From NCBI GenBank assembly GCA_000002445.1, contig CM000207.1:1984001-2048000 (forward strand): a DNA stretch of 64,000 nt. The letters are read 5' to 3'. This DNA comes from Trypanosoma brucei (lineage: Eukaryota). Below are positions 31,884 through 42,463 of this stretch, one piece after another; the first letter of the stretch is position 1; the number at the start of each line of letters is the position of its first letter. The notes beneath the pieces were generated by a model. The model was not told the origin of the DNA. It saw nothing but the letters and a program-made list of their open reading frames with translations, and ran no database searches. The translations under genes and the position numbers were made by a program.

Positions 31884-33437
31884 ATGCCTCCGAGAAGTGC
31901 TGGGGTGCGCGAAAGGCAAAAGCGAACTCGCGAAGACAGCAAAACCTCGGGGCAACTGCACAAACGCCAAAAGGTCCTGCCAGCGACTGCAACTCACCTC
32001 GCCGATGACACTTCTGCAGAGCCGTTCTCACAAGAAGATGTGGACAGAGAAAATCTCACAAATCATGGACCTTTGGCAGCCTACTCGTCGAGTTCCGTAA
32101 TGGAAGCGGCGAGCTTGCGGAACGAGTTAAAGGAGCATGTAAGCAGATGCCAGCTGATCGTACGGAATGTCGGCTCCCTCGTGCAGCAACGGGAGTCGTC
32201 GACTGCGGCAATGGCCACACTGCCTTCCTTATGCAGTATATCCCCCCGAGAGGTAGTTCGCCTCAACGTTGGTGGTGAGATATTCACTGTGCCTCTGCAG
32301 TTATTATTAAAAAAAGATGGAGGTGACACCTACTTCGATATGTTGTTTAGGTACGGCGCAGCTGGTGGTGAGGACAGCCCTTACCCGACTAGCTTCCAAC
32401 CTCCCTTGTTGGATGATACTGGGGCGCTCTTCATTGACAGAGACCCAGGTACATTCCGGTTTATCCTTAACTATCTTCGAGGATCCCGCATGCTTAGCAT
32501 GCTGAGTGAGGATCGGCTCTCCATGTTGAAGACCGACGCACAGTATTTCCAGCTGCACGGTCTCATAAAGGAACTAAGTGATGAGTCAAAGGAAACGGGC
32601 ATTAAGTTCAATCCTGGTCCCGGTGTGAACCTGGAGCGGAACAAGTTTCGCGTTGTATACAGCATCGCAACAATTGGAGAAAATTTCCTCATTACAGGAT
32701 GCCATCGTATAACATTCGAAATACTGAATAGTGAGTATGTAGGAATCGGACTGATATCCGACATGTGTGTTATGTCGGATCAAGAGTTTCACAAAACATT
32801 GCACTGCTGTGTTTACTACATGACGGGTGTGTTCTACTCCAACTTCCCGCATCACCGAAAAGAGGATAGACTCGAGGCGCTGGATAAGGGTGATTTTGTC
32901 TCTCTCATGGTAGATATGAACAAACGCGTCGCCGAGTACACGCTGAAAGGTTCAGTAAAAACGATACCTCTCGGCAACGCGCGTAAGTTGCGCTTCGCTG
33001 TGGTTATGAAAATGAACTCGCGGATTCGTATTGTTCCCGAGGAGGAGGCCAGGAAGTTGCCACTTTTCCGCCGTAGGTTATATTCAAGTGATGTTGACTC
33101 TGTGGATAATGCGCTTTCTTTGGCGGATGAACGAGACGGATTCACGCAACTTTCACAGAACAGTGGTGCAGGGGCTGTAGAACTCCCGACGGCGATGACG
33201 CTTTTCTCACAGCTACAACAACAGCAACATCAACGTCAGTTACCACCCCCGCAAGGGGCAGTGCAAGACTCCGGTGATCCTAATGCAGTTGATCCTTCAC
33301 TACCGTTTCTAGATGACGGCAATGGCGGAACCGTGCGGCCGCTCACACTTGATTTCACAGCGGAAGATATCTTTCCCGTTGACGTTGATGAAACGGAAGC
33401 GTTTCACCACCGCAGCGCACCGCAAGAAGGCGAATGA
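31884..33437 (+). CDS. BTB/POZ (KCTD/T1-type) domain protein.
   Basis: ATG start. 'VVRLNVGGEIFTVPLQLL...YFDMLF...LFIDRDPGTFRFILNYLRGSRM' matches the KCTD tetramerisation-type BTB domain. Confidence 0.7.
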   Translation: MPPRSAGVRERQKRTREDSKTSGQLHKRQKVLPATATHLADDTSAEPFSQEDVDRENLTNHGPLAAYSSSSVMEAASLRNELKEHVSRCQLIVRNVGSLVQQRESSTAAMATLPSLCSISPREVVRLNVGGEIFTVPLQLLLKKDGGDTYFDMLFRYGAAGGEDSPYPTSFQPPLLDDTGALFIDRDPGTFRFILNYLRGSRMLSMLSEDRLSMLKTDAQYFQLHGLIKELSDESKETGIKFNPGPGVNLERNKFRVVYSIATIGENFLITGCHRITFEILNSEYVGIGLISDMCVMSDQEFHKTLHCCVYYMTGVFYSNFPHHRKEDRLEALDKGDFVSLMVDMNKRVAEYTLKGSVKTIPLGNARKLRFAVVMKMNSRIRIVPEEEARKLPLFRRRLYSSDVDSVDNALSLADERDGFTQLSQNSGAGAVELPTAMTLFSQLQQQQHQRQLPPPQGAVQDSGDPNAVDPSLPFLDDGNGGTVRPLTLDFTAEDIFPVDVDETEAFHHRSAPQEGE

Positions 33438-33902
33438 GCGCTTGCGGTCAGCAGGCAAAGGAAAAAAAAGCAATGAAAAAGGGTAAGTTGCGACCAGCGT
33501 CACAATGATTTTATGTTTATTTTTGCTGTTAGTGTCTGTGTATGTGTCAACCTTCAAAACGGGACGGTTGAGTTGCGTATGGTGCTCAATCACTCTGCTG
33601 TTTAGTGTGTTGCTCCTTTTCCAATGTGTTCAAAACCAGTCTCCCGTCAGTCACCACTCAGACAGGTCTGAAAATAATACGGACAGAAGGAAAAGTGAAT
33701 AAAAGTGGGGGAAAACGGCGGCGGCGGAACGAACAAAAAGGGATGAGGGAGAAAGTGAGGATAATTGATCGTATTCAGTTATTTTTCGAAATAGGCTTTG
33801 CAACATTTTCATTTATAGCTCGCGCACAAAGAAAAGCGAGGTATTGAAAAGAAGTTTGAAGCAGTTTTTTTTTAAAAAAAGATCATCTCATCCTTTGCAT
33901 GC

Positions 33903-33905
<3 letters not shown>

Positions 33906-33936
<31 letters not shown>
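33906..33936. repeat. (TA)15 dinucleotide microsatellite.
   Basis: gcaggtatatatatatatatatatatatatatatatcttt in the intergenic region. Confidence 0.9.
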
Positions 33937-33938
<2 letters not shown>

Positions 33939-34315
33939 TTTCTCCTCTCAATATTTATTTATATATGAAAACACATCATTATACTTTTGTGCGTTGTATT
34001 TCATGTTATTATAAAACTTCTGGTGTCAGTATTGGGCAACTTCGTCTTCTTTTCACATTCTCTTGGTTTCGTTTTAATTGTTTTATTTGTGCTTTGGGTG
34101 TAGAAGGGAAAGCTTACACTTCGCAAACAATTTTTCAAAGAGAAAGGAAAAAAAGAAAGCACAGCAAAAAAAAAAAAAAGAAGCATCTGTAGTTTGCAGT
34201 TTCATAAAAGAAAAAAAAAGGTAGCAGAGTTAATATACGAATATATCTTTATATATTCCGTTTCCCATTTTTATACCTTGTGTTTTTTTTTCCTTGCTGT
34301 TGGTATTGAATAGCC

Positions 34316-34564
34316 ATGGACTACGAAGAACCAGGACAGGCCACACGAGAACTCACTACGTTTGTGCAGGGTCTCCTTCAAAACATGCAGACTCGCTTCC
34401 AAGAAATGTCGGATACGATTATCACTCGTATTGACGAAATGGGCACCCGTATCGATGACTTGGAAAAGAACATTGCGGAGCTCATGCAACAGGCGGGTCC
34501 TGATGAGGAAGCGGCTCAAACAGCTTCGGCCCCTAAAGATAAGAAAAAGAGTAAGGGGAAATAA
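34316..34564 (+). CDS. HSBP1: Heat shock factor-binding protein 1 (HSBP1) homologue, 82 aa.
   Basis: Near-colinear match to the HSBP1 heptad core: '[49 protein letters not shown]'. In human this is ...[46 protein letters not shown]. Confidence 0.85.
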   Translation: MDYEEPGQATRELTTFVQGLLQNMQTRFQEMSDTIITRIDEMGTRIDDLEKNIAELMQQAGPDEEAAQTASAPKDKKKSKGK

Positions 34565-34716
34565 AATAATATTATGGCCATATGTTTTAGACACAACGAT
34601 GCTCATTCCTTCTCTTTCTTCTCTTTCCCAGTTTCCATTTTAACATCCACACACTTCATTTTGATGTACGACTTCGCCGTATTTGTTAATTTACTGACTC
34701 TTTGCTCTGTTTTGGA

Positions 34717-34738
34717 TTTTTTTTTTCCCCCCCCCCCC
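34717..34738. repeat. T10 + C12 homopolymer junction.
   Basis: ggattttttttttcccccccccccctccttctg in the intergenic region. Confidence 0.85.
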
Positions 34739-35946
34739 TCCTTCTGTTCATCTCTTCTCGACTTCTGTGTCCACAATTTTGCCTTGTCCAAACGTTTGAA
34801 CGAATTTAATGTCCGAACCTGTGTGGCAAAGCAGTTGCGGCACGCACTGACGGAACAACAACAACAATAGCAGGAGCACACAAGCTACATTTGCACATGT
34901 ATTCACGTACGTGTAGGTGTAGGTGTGTTGAAGAGTGAAAGAGGTGGATGAAGTTAGGGGGAAATTAAATAAAGCGGAAGCAAAAAAAATAAAAATGAAC
35001 AAATGGATGGATGGATGGAAATAACTGGAACTTCCCGTGCAGTAAAGAAATGTCAACGGTAACAGAGAAAAAAAGGGGGGTATTTGAGAGGGGAAAGGGG
35101 AGGAAGAGCACACGCACATAAACGCTAAGATGCATATTTATTAATGTATACTCTTATGTATGTGTTTGTGTGTTTGTGTGTGCGTGTGTCATAAATATTA
35201 TATATAAATATTTGCTGCTTCTGTTTTGTTTTGCTTTTGTTTTCTGTTTCTTTGGGCTGTGGACGGGTCCTCTTTTTCTTTTTTTTTTGTGTGTGTGTGT
35301 TTATTTGCCTGCGTGATTGATTGTATCCTTTTGTTGCTTTCTCCTTCCTCAGATTATGTGCTTGAGGTAAAGTACGGCAATTTGCTATTTAAAAAAAATG
35401 AAACAGAAACAAAGTTGGGAGGATAATTATATTTGTGTGTGTGAGTGTGCGTGTAAGAGGTTGTCTACATTTACTGAAGAGTGAAATATAAATTGAGAGA
35501 CAACTTCTTTTCTTTTCTTCTTTCGAAGTAAAAAGTTGATGGTAAAAGTTGATGAGAGGCAAAGAAAATATGAACACTTAGTAGAAAGCACACGAAAGGA
35601 AAAAGGAGGAAGAAAATATTTAAGGAAAGATAAAGGAAAGGGGGGAAAAGAGAGGAGCACCGTCTGAAGCGTCAAATATTTTTTTTCTTCGAAAGGAGGG
35701 ATAATTTTTCTTTTAATTGCTAAAAGAAAGTATTGCCAAAGGAAAAGGGTGGATGCGAACACGAAACTTTCGCCTGATTCGCCAAATTGAAGTCGTTCAT
35801 TTCTGTGGCTTATGCTGGCCTACTGCAAAACTTCTCCATCTTTATTTCTTTTTTTTTCTTTTCGTTCTCTCGGTACCTGAATAACGTTAGATGCAGGAAG
35901 TTCACTAGCCACTGGATTTCGCCACATATTAATTCTCTTGCATCAT

Positions 35947-36486
35947 ATGACAACAGGTGGAAAGCAAGAAACCATTTACGACGCGTGCCGAAACGGTAAT
36001 GAGGCGCGAGTGGAGGAATATGTGCGGCACGGTGGCTCCGTAGTCGAATACGACAAATTCCGGATGACACTCCTGCACCACGCGGCATACTCGGGTAATA
36101 TTCGAGTTGTTGATTTCATTCTTTCCGCTCAATGTTCTGGACAACAGCAACAACAGCGTATTGACCTGGATGCAGCGGACGCAGATGGGTGGACTCCGTT
36201 ACACTATGCGGCCGATCGAGGGTTTGTGTCCATTACCGCAAGGCTACTGGAAGAAGGAGCAAATGTGAATGCGAAAGATGGAATGAAGCGCACGCCGCTT
36301 CACCTCGCAGCGACCAGCGGTCGCGTGGATGTTGTGAAATTGCTGCTGAGCAGCGGAGCAATGCGGGGAGTGAAAAATGTGGTTGGACTAACAGCGTTGG
36401 AGTGCGCCAAGGCTAATGACCAAGTTGATACAGTGAGTGTCCTTGAGCACTGTTTCACCAAGCGACAGCATGCAGAGGTGTGTTAA
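35947..36486 (+). CDS. Ankyrin-repeat protein (about 179 aa).
   Basis: The called start at 35938 is TTG; the first ATG is 35947. Repeated 'TPLHxAAxxGxxxVVxxLL' ankyrin consensus units (at least 3). Confidence 0.8.
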   Translation: MTTGGKQETIYDACRNGNEARVEEYVRHGGSVVEYDKFRMTLLHHAAYSGNIRVVDFILSAQCSGQQQQQRIDLDAADADGWTPLHYAADRGFVSITARLLEEGANVNAKDGMKRTPLHLAATSGRVDVVKLLLSSGAMRGVKNVVGLTALECAKANDQVDTVSVLEHCFTKRQHAEVC

Positions 36487-36859
36487 GTGTAAAATAAGTA
36501 AAAAAAAGGAAAGGGAAGGGTAAAATTACAGGGAAGAGAAATGGTGAGCGCCCTTTCGATTTGTTGTTTGTTTGTTTTTATACAGAGCGCACTGCATCCC
36601 CCCCCCTTGTTGTTTGGCTCGTATATGTTTTTTTCGGAATTTGGATTGTGTGCCAGTTAGAGTGCATGGATTGCCTTGTCACCGGTACCTTCACAGTACC
36701 CCCCCCCCTTTCTTCATAATGTCTTGCTCCGGTTCCCTGCTGTTTCACTTGGGCAAAAGGGATAGGGAAATTTTTTCTTCGATAGGGAGGAAACAGTAAA
36801 GCGTTTTGCCTTCTTAAAGACAAGGCTTTCACTTACCTGTAAGTTTTCCCCCGTAAAGC

Positions 36860-38179
36860 ATGGAGAATTCGTGTCCAGGGGAGGCGAGAACGCCACCACG
36901 AAATTCTAACGATGGCGGGGGAGGGGTTGAGGCAATTCTCACCATGCAAACCATGTCACCACTTGACAAAGTTCGTCAGTTCTTCGAGGAGCAGGAGGTT
37001 CAACTGCAAACTACAGCGGGTGATGAGCAAACCAATACTAACCCTCTGTTGGATGATGTGTTAGACACTGAGCCAATACGGGGTGAGTTGTTCCTCTCTG
37101 ATGAAGTGGAGGCAGATGAGGTTACTGCCTCGCACGTTGATCCGCAACAGAAAAAAAGAAAGAGGCAGGGCACTGCCAGTGGAGAGAAGGGGCGAAAAGA
37201 GTCCAGAAAGGCACGGCGGGCAACTGCTTCCGACGACACTGTTCATAAGAGCAGCAAATACCGCGAAAAGGAGGATGCAAAGCCAATGGTTTTGTTCCGT
37301 CAGTCGCAAAAGGCCCTCCGTAAGGAAGCGAGGCATGTGAGTATGAAGGAGGTTCTCTGCCGTTCTTTGCCTGGTCTTAACGATGGGATAAACGAGCGAA
37401 GTAATTTATTTACTCCATCAGGCGTATCACAAGCGTCTTCCACATGGTCGTCAGCAGTGGCGGCAGACATAACCAACCGATTCCTCTCCAACGTCCAGCA
37501 AAAGAAAAAAGAAACCTTTGAGCGGTTGCTGCAACGCGAAATGACAAATTCACAACTGTCATTTTCTAGCGCGGGAGAAGGGGACGCGAGTTTGGGTGGA
37601 GTGATGGGGGAACTTGTGATTGGTGACGAATCAGCCGTCATGACGCCACCGGCTAGTGACTCCAACTTTCTCGCAGGGGAAGGAGCTCTGGTTGAGTTGA
37701 CGACAGAAACCGCACCCTCCCTTTCGTCCACGCAGGATCCATTCATGTCCTGCAATGGCATGTCCCAGGGGTTTGTAGAACTGGACGAAGAAACAGAGCA
37801 GGCGCAATCCGATGCTCTGGTGCGCAAGCACGAACTCTGGCGTTTGCGGCAGAGACACCTGCGGGCACAACGAAGCGGAGAGGAGAGCAATCCCCAGGTG
37901 AAGTTGGAAAAGGATGATCACCAGCACAAATCTCTGTCATCGACTTTCACCGGTACCACGCTGTCGACACTCTCCACGGGAGCATTACAAGGCGTTGCAA
38001 CGCATGACGCTGACGGGGCTATCGATACCGTGCTGACGCACCGTAGTGCTCTGAAGCGGACCATCAGCGCAACACTTGAGCTATCCACTGATCACATCGA
38101 CATGATACGCCGCGCAAACTCTTTCGACAACATATCTTGCCAGCGGATTGTGGTTTTCGAAGCAAAGAAGGGGAAATAA
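36860..38179 (+). CDS. Hypothetical protein (439 aa), Ser/Thr-rich and acidic.
   Basis: ATG start. Long ORF. No recognisable domain. Confidence 0.5.
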   Translation: MENSCPGEARTPPRNSNDGGGGVEAILTMQTMSPLDKVRQFFEEQEVQLQTTAGDEQTNTNPLLDDVLDTEPIRGELFLSDEVEADEVTASHVDPQQKKRKRQGTASGEKGRKESRKARRATASDDTVHKSSKYREKEDAKPMVLFRQSQKALRKEARHVSMKEVLCRSLPGLNDGINERSNLFTPSGVSQASSTWSSAVAADITNRFLSNVQQKKKETFERLLQREMTNSQLSFSSAGEGDASLGGVMGELVIGDESAVMTPPASDSNFLAGEGALVELTTETAPSLSSTQDPFMSCNGMSQGFVELDEETEQAQSDALVRKHELWRLRQRHLRAQRSGEESNPQVKLEKDDHQHKSLSSTFTGTTLSTLSTGALQGVATHDADGAIDTVLTHRSALKRTISATLELSTDHIDMIRRANSFDNISCQRIVVFEAKKGK

Positions 38180-39064
38180 ACTATCGACCAGCGCCTCTAG
38201 TTTCATATGCAAATGCGCACGCGCGTGGATTGGAGTGTGTTTGCCCGCGTCACTCCACATTGGTGATTCCCCACATATAAAGGAGCACGTGTATGTGTGC
38301 CGTTGCTGTGGAGAATGTATAGAAGTTTCACTCTTTTATTTGCAATCGCTCCCATCGCCATGGTCAATTGCCATTTCACTCGTTTTCGTTTCGTTGGTAC
38401 TTGTGTAATATTCTTCGCGGCCGCACGAGAGATCAAATAGATTACGCTTTCTATAAACCTCATTACAGAGAGGGATGGGAACTAAGAGGGAGGAAATTGC
38501 CTGCACCCGCGCATTGTATGGGAAAGATACTCACTACATTTGTGTTTTCTTTGATTGTTTTTTTTTTCGAAACGTTTTCCGCTTTGGAAAATGTGCTCGG
38601 CAGGTAGATACACCAATTCACATATCATTTTAATTCGACCAAAATATGAGTCAACGGAGTATTAAAAGAATGCGTATATTTGTGGTGGCGCATGTAACCA
38701 TTTTTTTTCCGTTGATAGTGTGCAGTGTTAAAGGAAGGCGAAAATGAGTAAACACTTCGGCATTTCTGATATTTATTGTTTCTTAACAATTGATGTTGCA
38801 GAAGTGATAACGTGCTCTGGGTTTTACCACGGCACGGCACGCTATCTTCCTCATTAGGACACCAACCATGCAGCTCACCCCTTTGTGTACCGTACTTACT
38901 AGTATGAGACAATACTTTTGTCAGTATATATACTGATGAAGTGTTATGTGTGGACTGCCGGGTTTCCCCTAATGATTTCTTGCTTTTGCCTGTCTTTTAT
39001 AAATACGTGTGTATATACATCTCTTATTTATTTGTGTGACTACGCGTATTAGAAGTGAAGGGGA

Positions 39065-39811
39065 ATGACAGACTTGGACGCGACCAAAATTTCGATCATA
39101 TCGGTTAAGAAGGCAAACCCCAAATTGTTAGCGGAAGTTGGGGACGAAGCGAACGAGCTTCCCGTAACCGTGAAGGAAAAGCGAGCGCATGAAAAGCGAT
39201 GTAACTTCTGTTGCATGTCCATCGGATTACTCTTTTCAGCCTTTATGGTTGTCATGGTGGCGAGCATTGGCACTGGTATGGCTGTTTACACAGAGAAGCG
39301 CGCTCGCTACACCGTTAACGGAGTTATGCGTCAGGTCGGTTGGATTTCTCTGCCGGGCCTTCTCGTTGGCACCACCCTTCACTACTTCCTTTCTGAAGCG
39401 ATGTGGAGCGGGCGACGGAATAGTTGGGGTCAGGCGTGGATGAAGGCCTTTGCCACAAACACTGCCATTTGGTCGGTCGCCATTGGCACAGGGACTTTAC
39501 TGTGGCGCAAAGGTTTACTCATAAACGCCGCCGGCCGGCGGTTGTATTATCGTTATCCAATTCCTTCTGACCCACTGGAGTATCGCTTGGTGCGCAGTGA
39601 AGCGCAGTTTTTTACTGGTATGGGATGGTCCTATTGGTTGAGTGGTGTGGTGAGCGGACAAGTTGGACTCGTAAGTTGTGTGGGATTTTGTGTCTGGAAC
39701 GATCGGCCATACTTTATGATGAACCCGCATGGAGGGTACGCTCGGAGGTGCATGCCCAACTGGCGCAGGGAACAACTTGCTCGCCAGGCAAATGTCTCAC
39801 TTTCAGAGTAA
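39065..39811 (+). CDS. Hypothetical membrane protein (248 aa).
   Basis: ATG start. Several hydrophobic helices (for example SIGLLFSAFMVVMVASIGTGMAVY). Confidence 0.45.
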   Translation: MTDLDATKISIISVKKANPKLLAEVGDEANELPVTVKEKRAHEKRCNFCCMSIGLLFSAFMVVMVASIGTGMAVYTEKRARYTVNGVMRQVGWISLPGLLVGTTLHYFLSEAMWSGRRNSWGQAWMKAFATNTAIWSVAIGTGTLLWRKGLLINAAGRRLYYRYPIPSDPLEYRLVRSEAQFFTGMGWSYWLSGVVSGQVGLVSCVGFCVWNDRPYFMMNPHGGYARRCMPNWRREQLARQANVSLSE

Positions 39812-40184
39812 TTAAAGTAATGGAGTACGCATAGTGTCGTCTATCGTGTAGTGAAGGAAAACGTCGCTTAAGCGTGCTATTGTCATTATTATTGTTATAC
39901 CTTTCCTGTCACATCCGGTCCCGTGTATATTCCCTGAATTTACAGTCACTTTGTCACACGCATAAAAAGTGGTTAACTACCTTGTCATTATTCACGATGA
40001 ACCATATATTGTTATTCCCTCTAACACTCTGAGTTTGACCGTGTCATTCCACGCCCTCTTTCAGCGCGTGGTTTATCATTGCACATGTTTCTCTTGTTTT
40101 GCAGGACCTTTTATTACTTAAGGTTTCTGAGGACCAACGATCAATAGTATGAACCAGAAGCGAAAACAATAGTGCTTAGCGATC

Positions 40185-42005
40185 ATGACGAAAGATAAAG
40201 TTAACTTTAGGTACTCAATGAAATACGCACAGGGTGCAGCTGCAGTGGAAGATAACATCGGCATAACTGAGTTACGATCGCCAACTGGCCGTTGCAGTGA
40301 TATGAATGAGGAGCGAAACTCACGCCTTACAGGACTGATGAAGTGGTCCTTGGATGATTACGTTGTTAAGGAAATGTGGCCAAGTGAAGCGTTTGCTTCT
40401 CCAAGCACCAAAGACTTGCAAAATGTGAGAGGTCCGGCCGCCTTCGCACTAAAAATTGTTGCTGAAGGAATACCAGACGAAACAATTGCCAAGCTCATCG
40501 AAAGAAAGTGTCCACCCAGAACATCAGTGAGGTTCACCACCCCCCTGGATTTCTGTAGCTCCCAGGAGCGTATTGCATTGGTATGTAGCCACACACACGC
40601 AAGCAAGCGTAACTTCCAGTGCCAGCAGGTGGCGCACGTTAGTGAGGGTGTTGTTTGCATTGGTGGAGCAGTTGACATTTCCTTGCATTTGCATGACATA
40701 AGTTCCTTGCCTCTGTGCATCCTCCCTGATGTTTCGTATTCAGTTGTATTCAGAGGTTTGAGAGGATCTCTTGCTGACATCCTTCCCCGTCTCGAAGCCC
40801 TCAGAAGCAATGGTTTTATTAATTACACCCACTTAGCACGGCACGGCGTTGGCCTCTTTCGGGCCTTTGAGAGCGGCAGGCAGCTTCTTCATAGGGAATA
40901 CGCGGAGTTTCTTCGTGGGTATGTGCTTAGCCTCACGGAGCGTTCACCAGCAGTTCATAAGGAACTACCACCATTTCTCGAAGCCATAGTGGACCCAAAG
41001 TTGAAGTGCAGCGATTGGGCGGGGGTGCGCAAAGGTTTGGAGTACGCGTTGAAGAGAGATGAGCCGTTGATTAACCTTCCTCAAACTGGGCTTTACTACC
41101 CACATCACACGCTTCTGCGAGACCTCGTCGAACGCGCAGCAGATCTCCTACCAAAGGAGCATGACTCCGCCCAAGTTATCCGCAATGCTGTACCACGGCT
41201 AATCATTCAGGAGAAACTCAGAAGCGTTGCAGACGTTCACTTTAATGCATTGGCTTCACTTCGGTGGAAAATGTACGGCGACAGAGTTGTACCAGGAGAC
41301 TTAGTTTTACGCCGCGGTGACAGCGGACACGCGACAGAGCCACTAGACGTGTTTGATGCCCCCGCGGACCATATAAACGGGGGCATGACGTCAGTAAGTC
41401 ACACGGAGTGGCTTTCTGCTGCCGGAGAGAAACACTTGGATGGCTTGTTAGAGCGGGTTCATTTGGTGAGCAGCGAGAAAGAGGCTCAGTCATTTACAAC
41501 AGATGATATTGTGCTCCCTGTACTGGGACGCTTTGCGGAGCGATTGATCTTACCCAACACAAAAATGAAAGATGCGTTTCAGCATATTGCACAGGAGTTA
41601 CAAGTAGAAGGATTACCACGGTTGCGTGCCGCTCCACCCGCAACCTATCGGTGGTTGATTGAGCGTCCAAAGAAGCTCGCTTACTGCATATTTGACGAAT
41701 CACGAGGTTGGTGTTGGGAAAGTGATAACAATGAACCGATTCGGTCGCAGTTGTATGAAGACCGGGAGGGAGTGCTGCGGCAACCCTCGCCGCTGATGGC
41801 TGTCACGGGGAAGAATATGGTAGCACGACGGGGAATACGCGGCACAGAACAGCGCCACCACTATCTGAAACCGGCGAGACGCGGTGGCATGACGTGCGTG
41901 GTGCGTATGACACTACCTAGGGGGACGGCTATCACCTCCGCCCTGCGGGAAGTGGTTCAGGTAGCTACACTCGATACGGGAGCGATATTCAGGCTTCTGA
42001 AGTAA
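40185..42005 (+). CDS. Hypothetical protein (606 aa) with a weak TruD/Pus7-like motif.
   Basis: ATG start. 'NGFINYTHLARHGVG' loosely resembles the TruD 'PNYFGxQRFG' motif. No clear GxKD catalytic motif was found, so the assignment is tentative. Confidence 0.5.
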   Translation: MTKDKVNFRYSMKYAQGAAAVEDNIGITELRSPTGRCSDMNEERNSRLTGLMKWSLDDYVVKEMWPSEAFASPSTKDLQNVRGPAAFALKIVAEGIPDETIAKLIERKCPPRTSVRFTTPLDFCSSQERIALVCSHTHASKRNFQCQQVAHVSEGVVCIGGAVDISLHLHDISSLPLCILPDVSYSVVFRGLRGSLADILPRLEALRSNGFINYTHLARHGVGLFRAFESGRQLLHREYAEFLRGYVLSLTERSPAVHKELPPFLEAIVDPKLKCSDWAGVRKGLEYALKRDEPLINLPQTGLYYPHHTLLRDLVERAADLLPKEHDSAQVIRNAVPRLIIQEKLRSVADVHFNALASLRWKMYGDRVVPGDLVLRRGDSGHATEPLDVFDAPADHINGGMTSVSHTEWLSAAGEKHLDGLLERVHLVSSEKEAQSFTTDDIVLPVLGRFAERLILPNTKMKDAFQHIAQELQVEGLPRLRAAPPATYRWLIERPKKLAYCIFDESRGWCWESDNNEPIRSQLYEDREGVLRQPSPLMAVTGKNMVARRGIRGTEQRHHYLKPARRGGMTCVVRMTLPRGTAITSALREVVQVATLDTGAIFRLLK

Positions 42006-42463
42006 CCTCCCTTCCTCCCCTCCCCCCCTCAATCCCTCTACAGTGGCTGCTGCAACCTTTTCCCGTTTCTAACTGTATCATACAAAATATATCGCACCAC
42101 ACGAAGAGGCACTCCCTCTTCTCACAAAAAGGATGAGTGTCAGTAAAGTTCGTGTTCCTAACACTGAATTTCCTTCGCCAGTGGTCCTGCAACAGGGGAT
42201 TCAGCTGGTGGATTTTTGAATTTCAATTTTTTCTTTCGTTTTAAAACATGTCGGCGATTAAATATGCAATCTGTGTGAATTTGTGTGGGGTTTCTCTTAT
42301 TAATTCGATCACTCCGAACGTACTGACGTTCAAGGAGGTAGGCCTTGTGTGTGTATGCTATAGTGGTTCAGTACCCAGTTTCTTGCAATTCTTCACGTTT
42401 CTGCGTACAATGAACTAGTGTACAGGTGTATATTTAATATAGAGGTATCACCAACACAACCAA

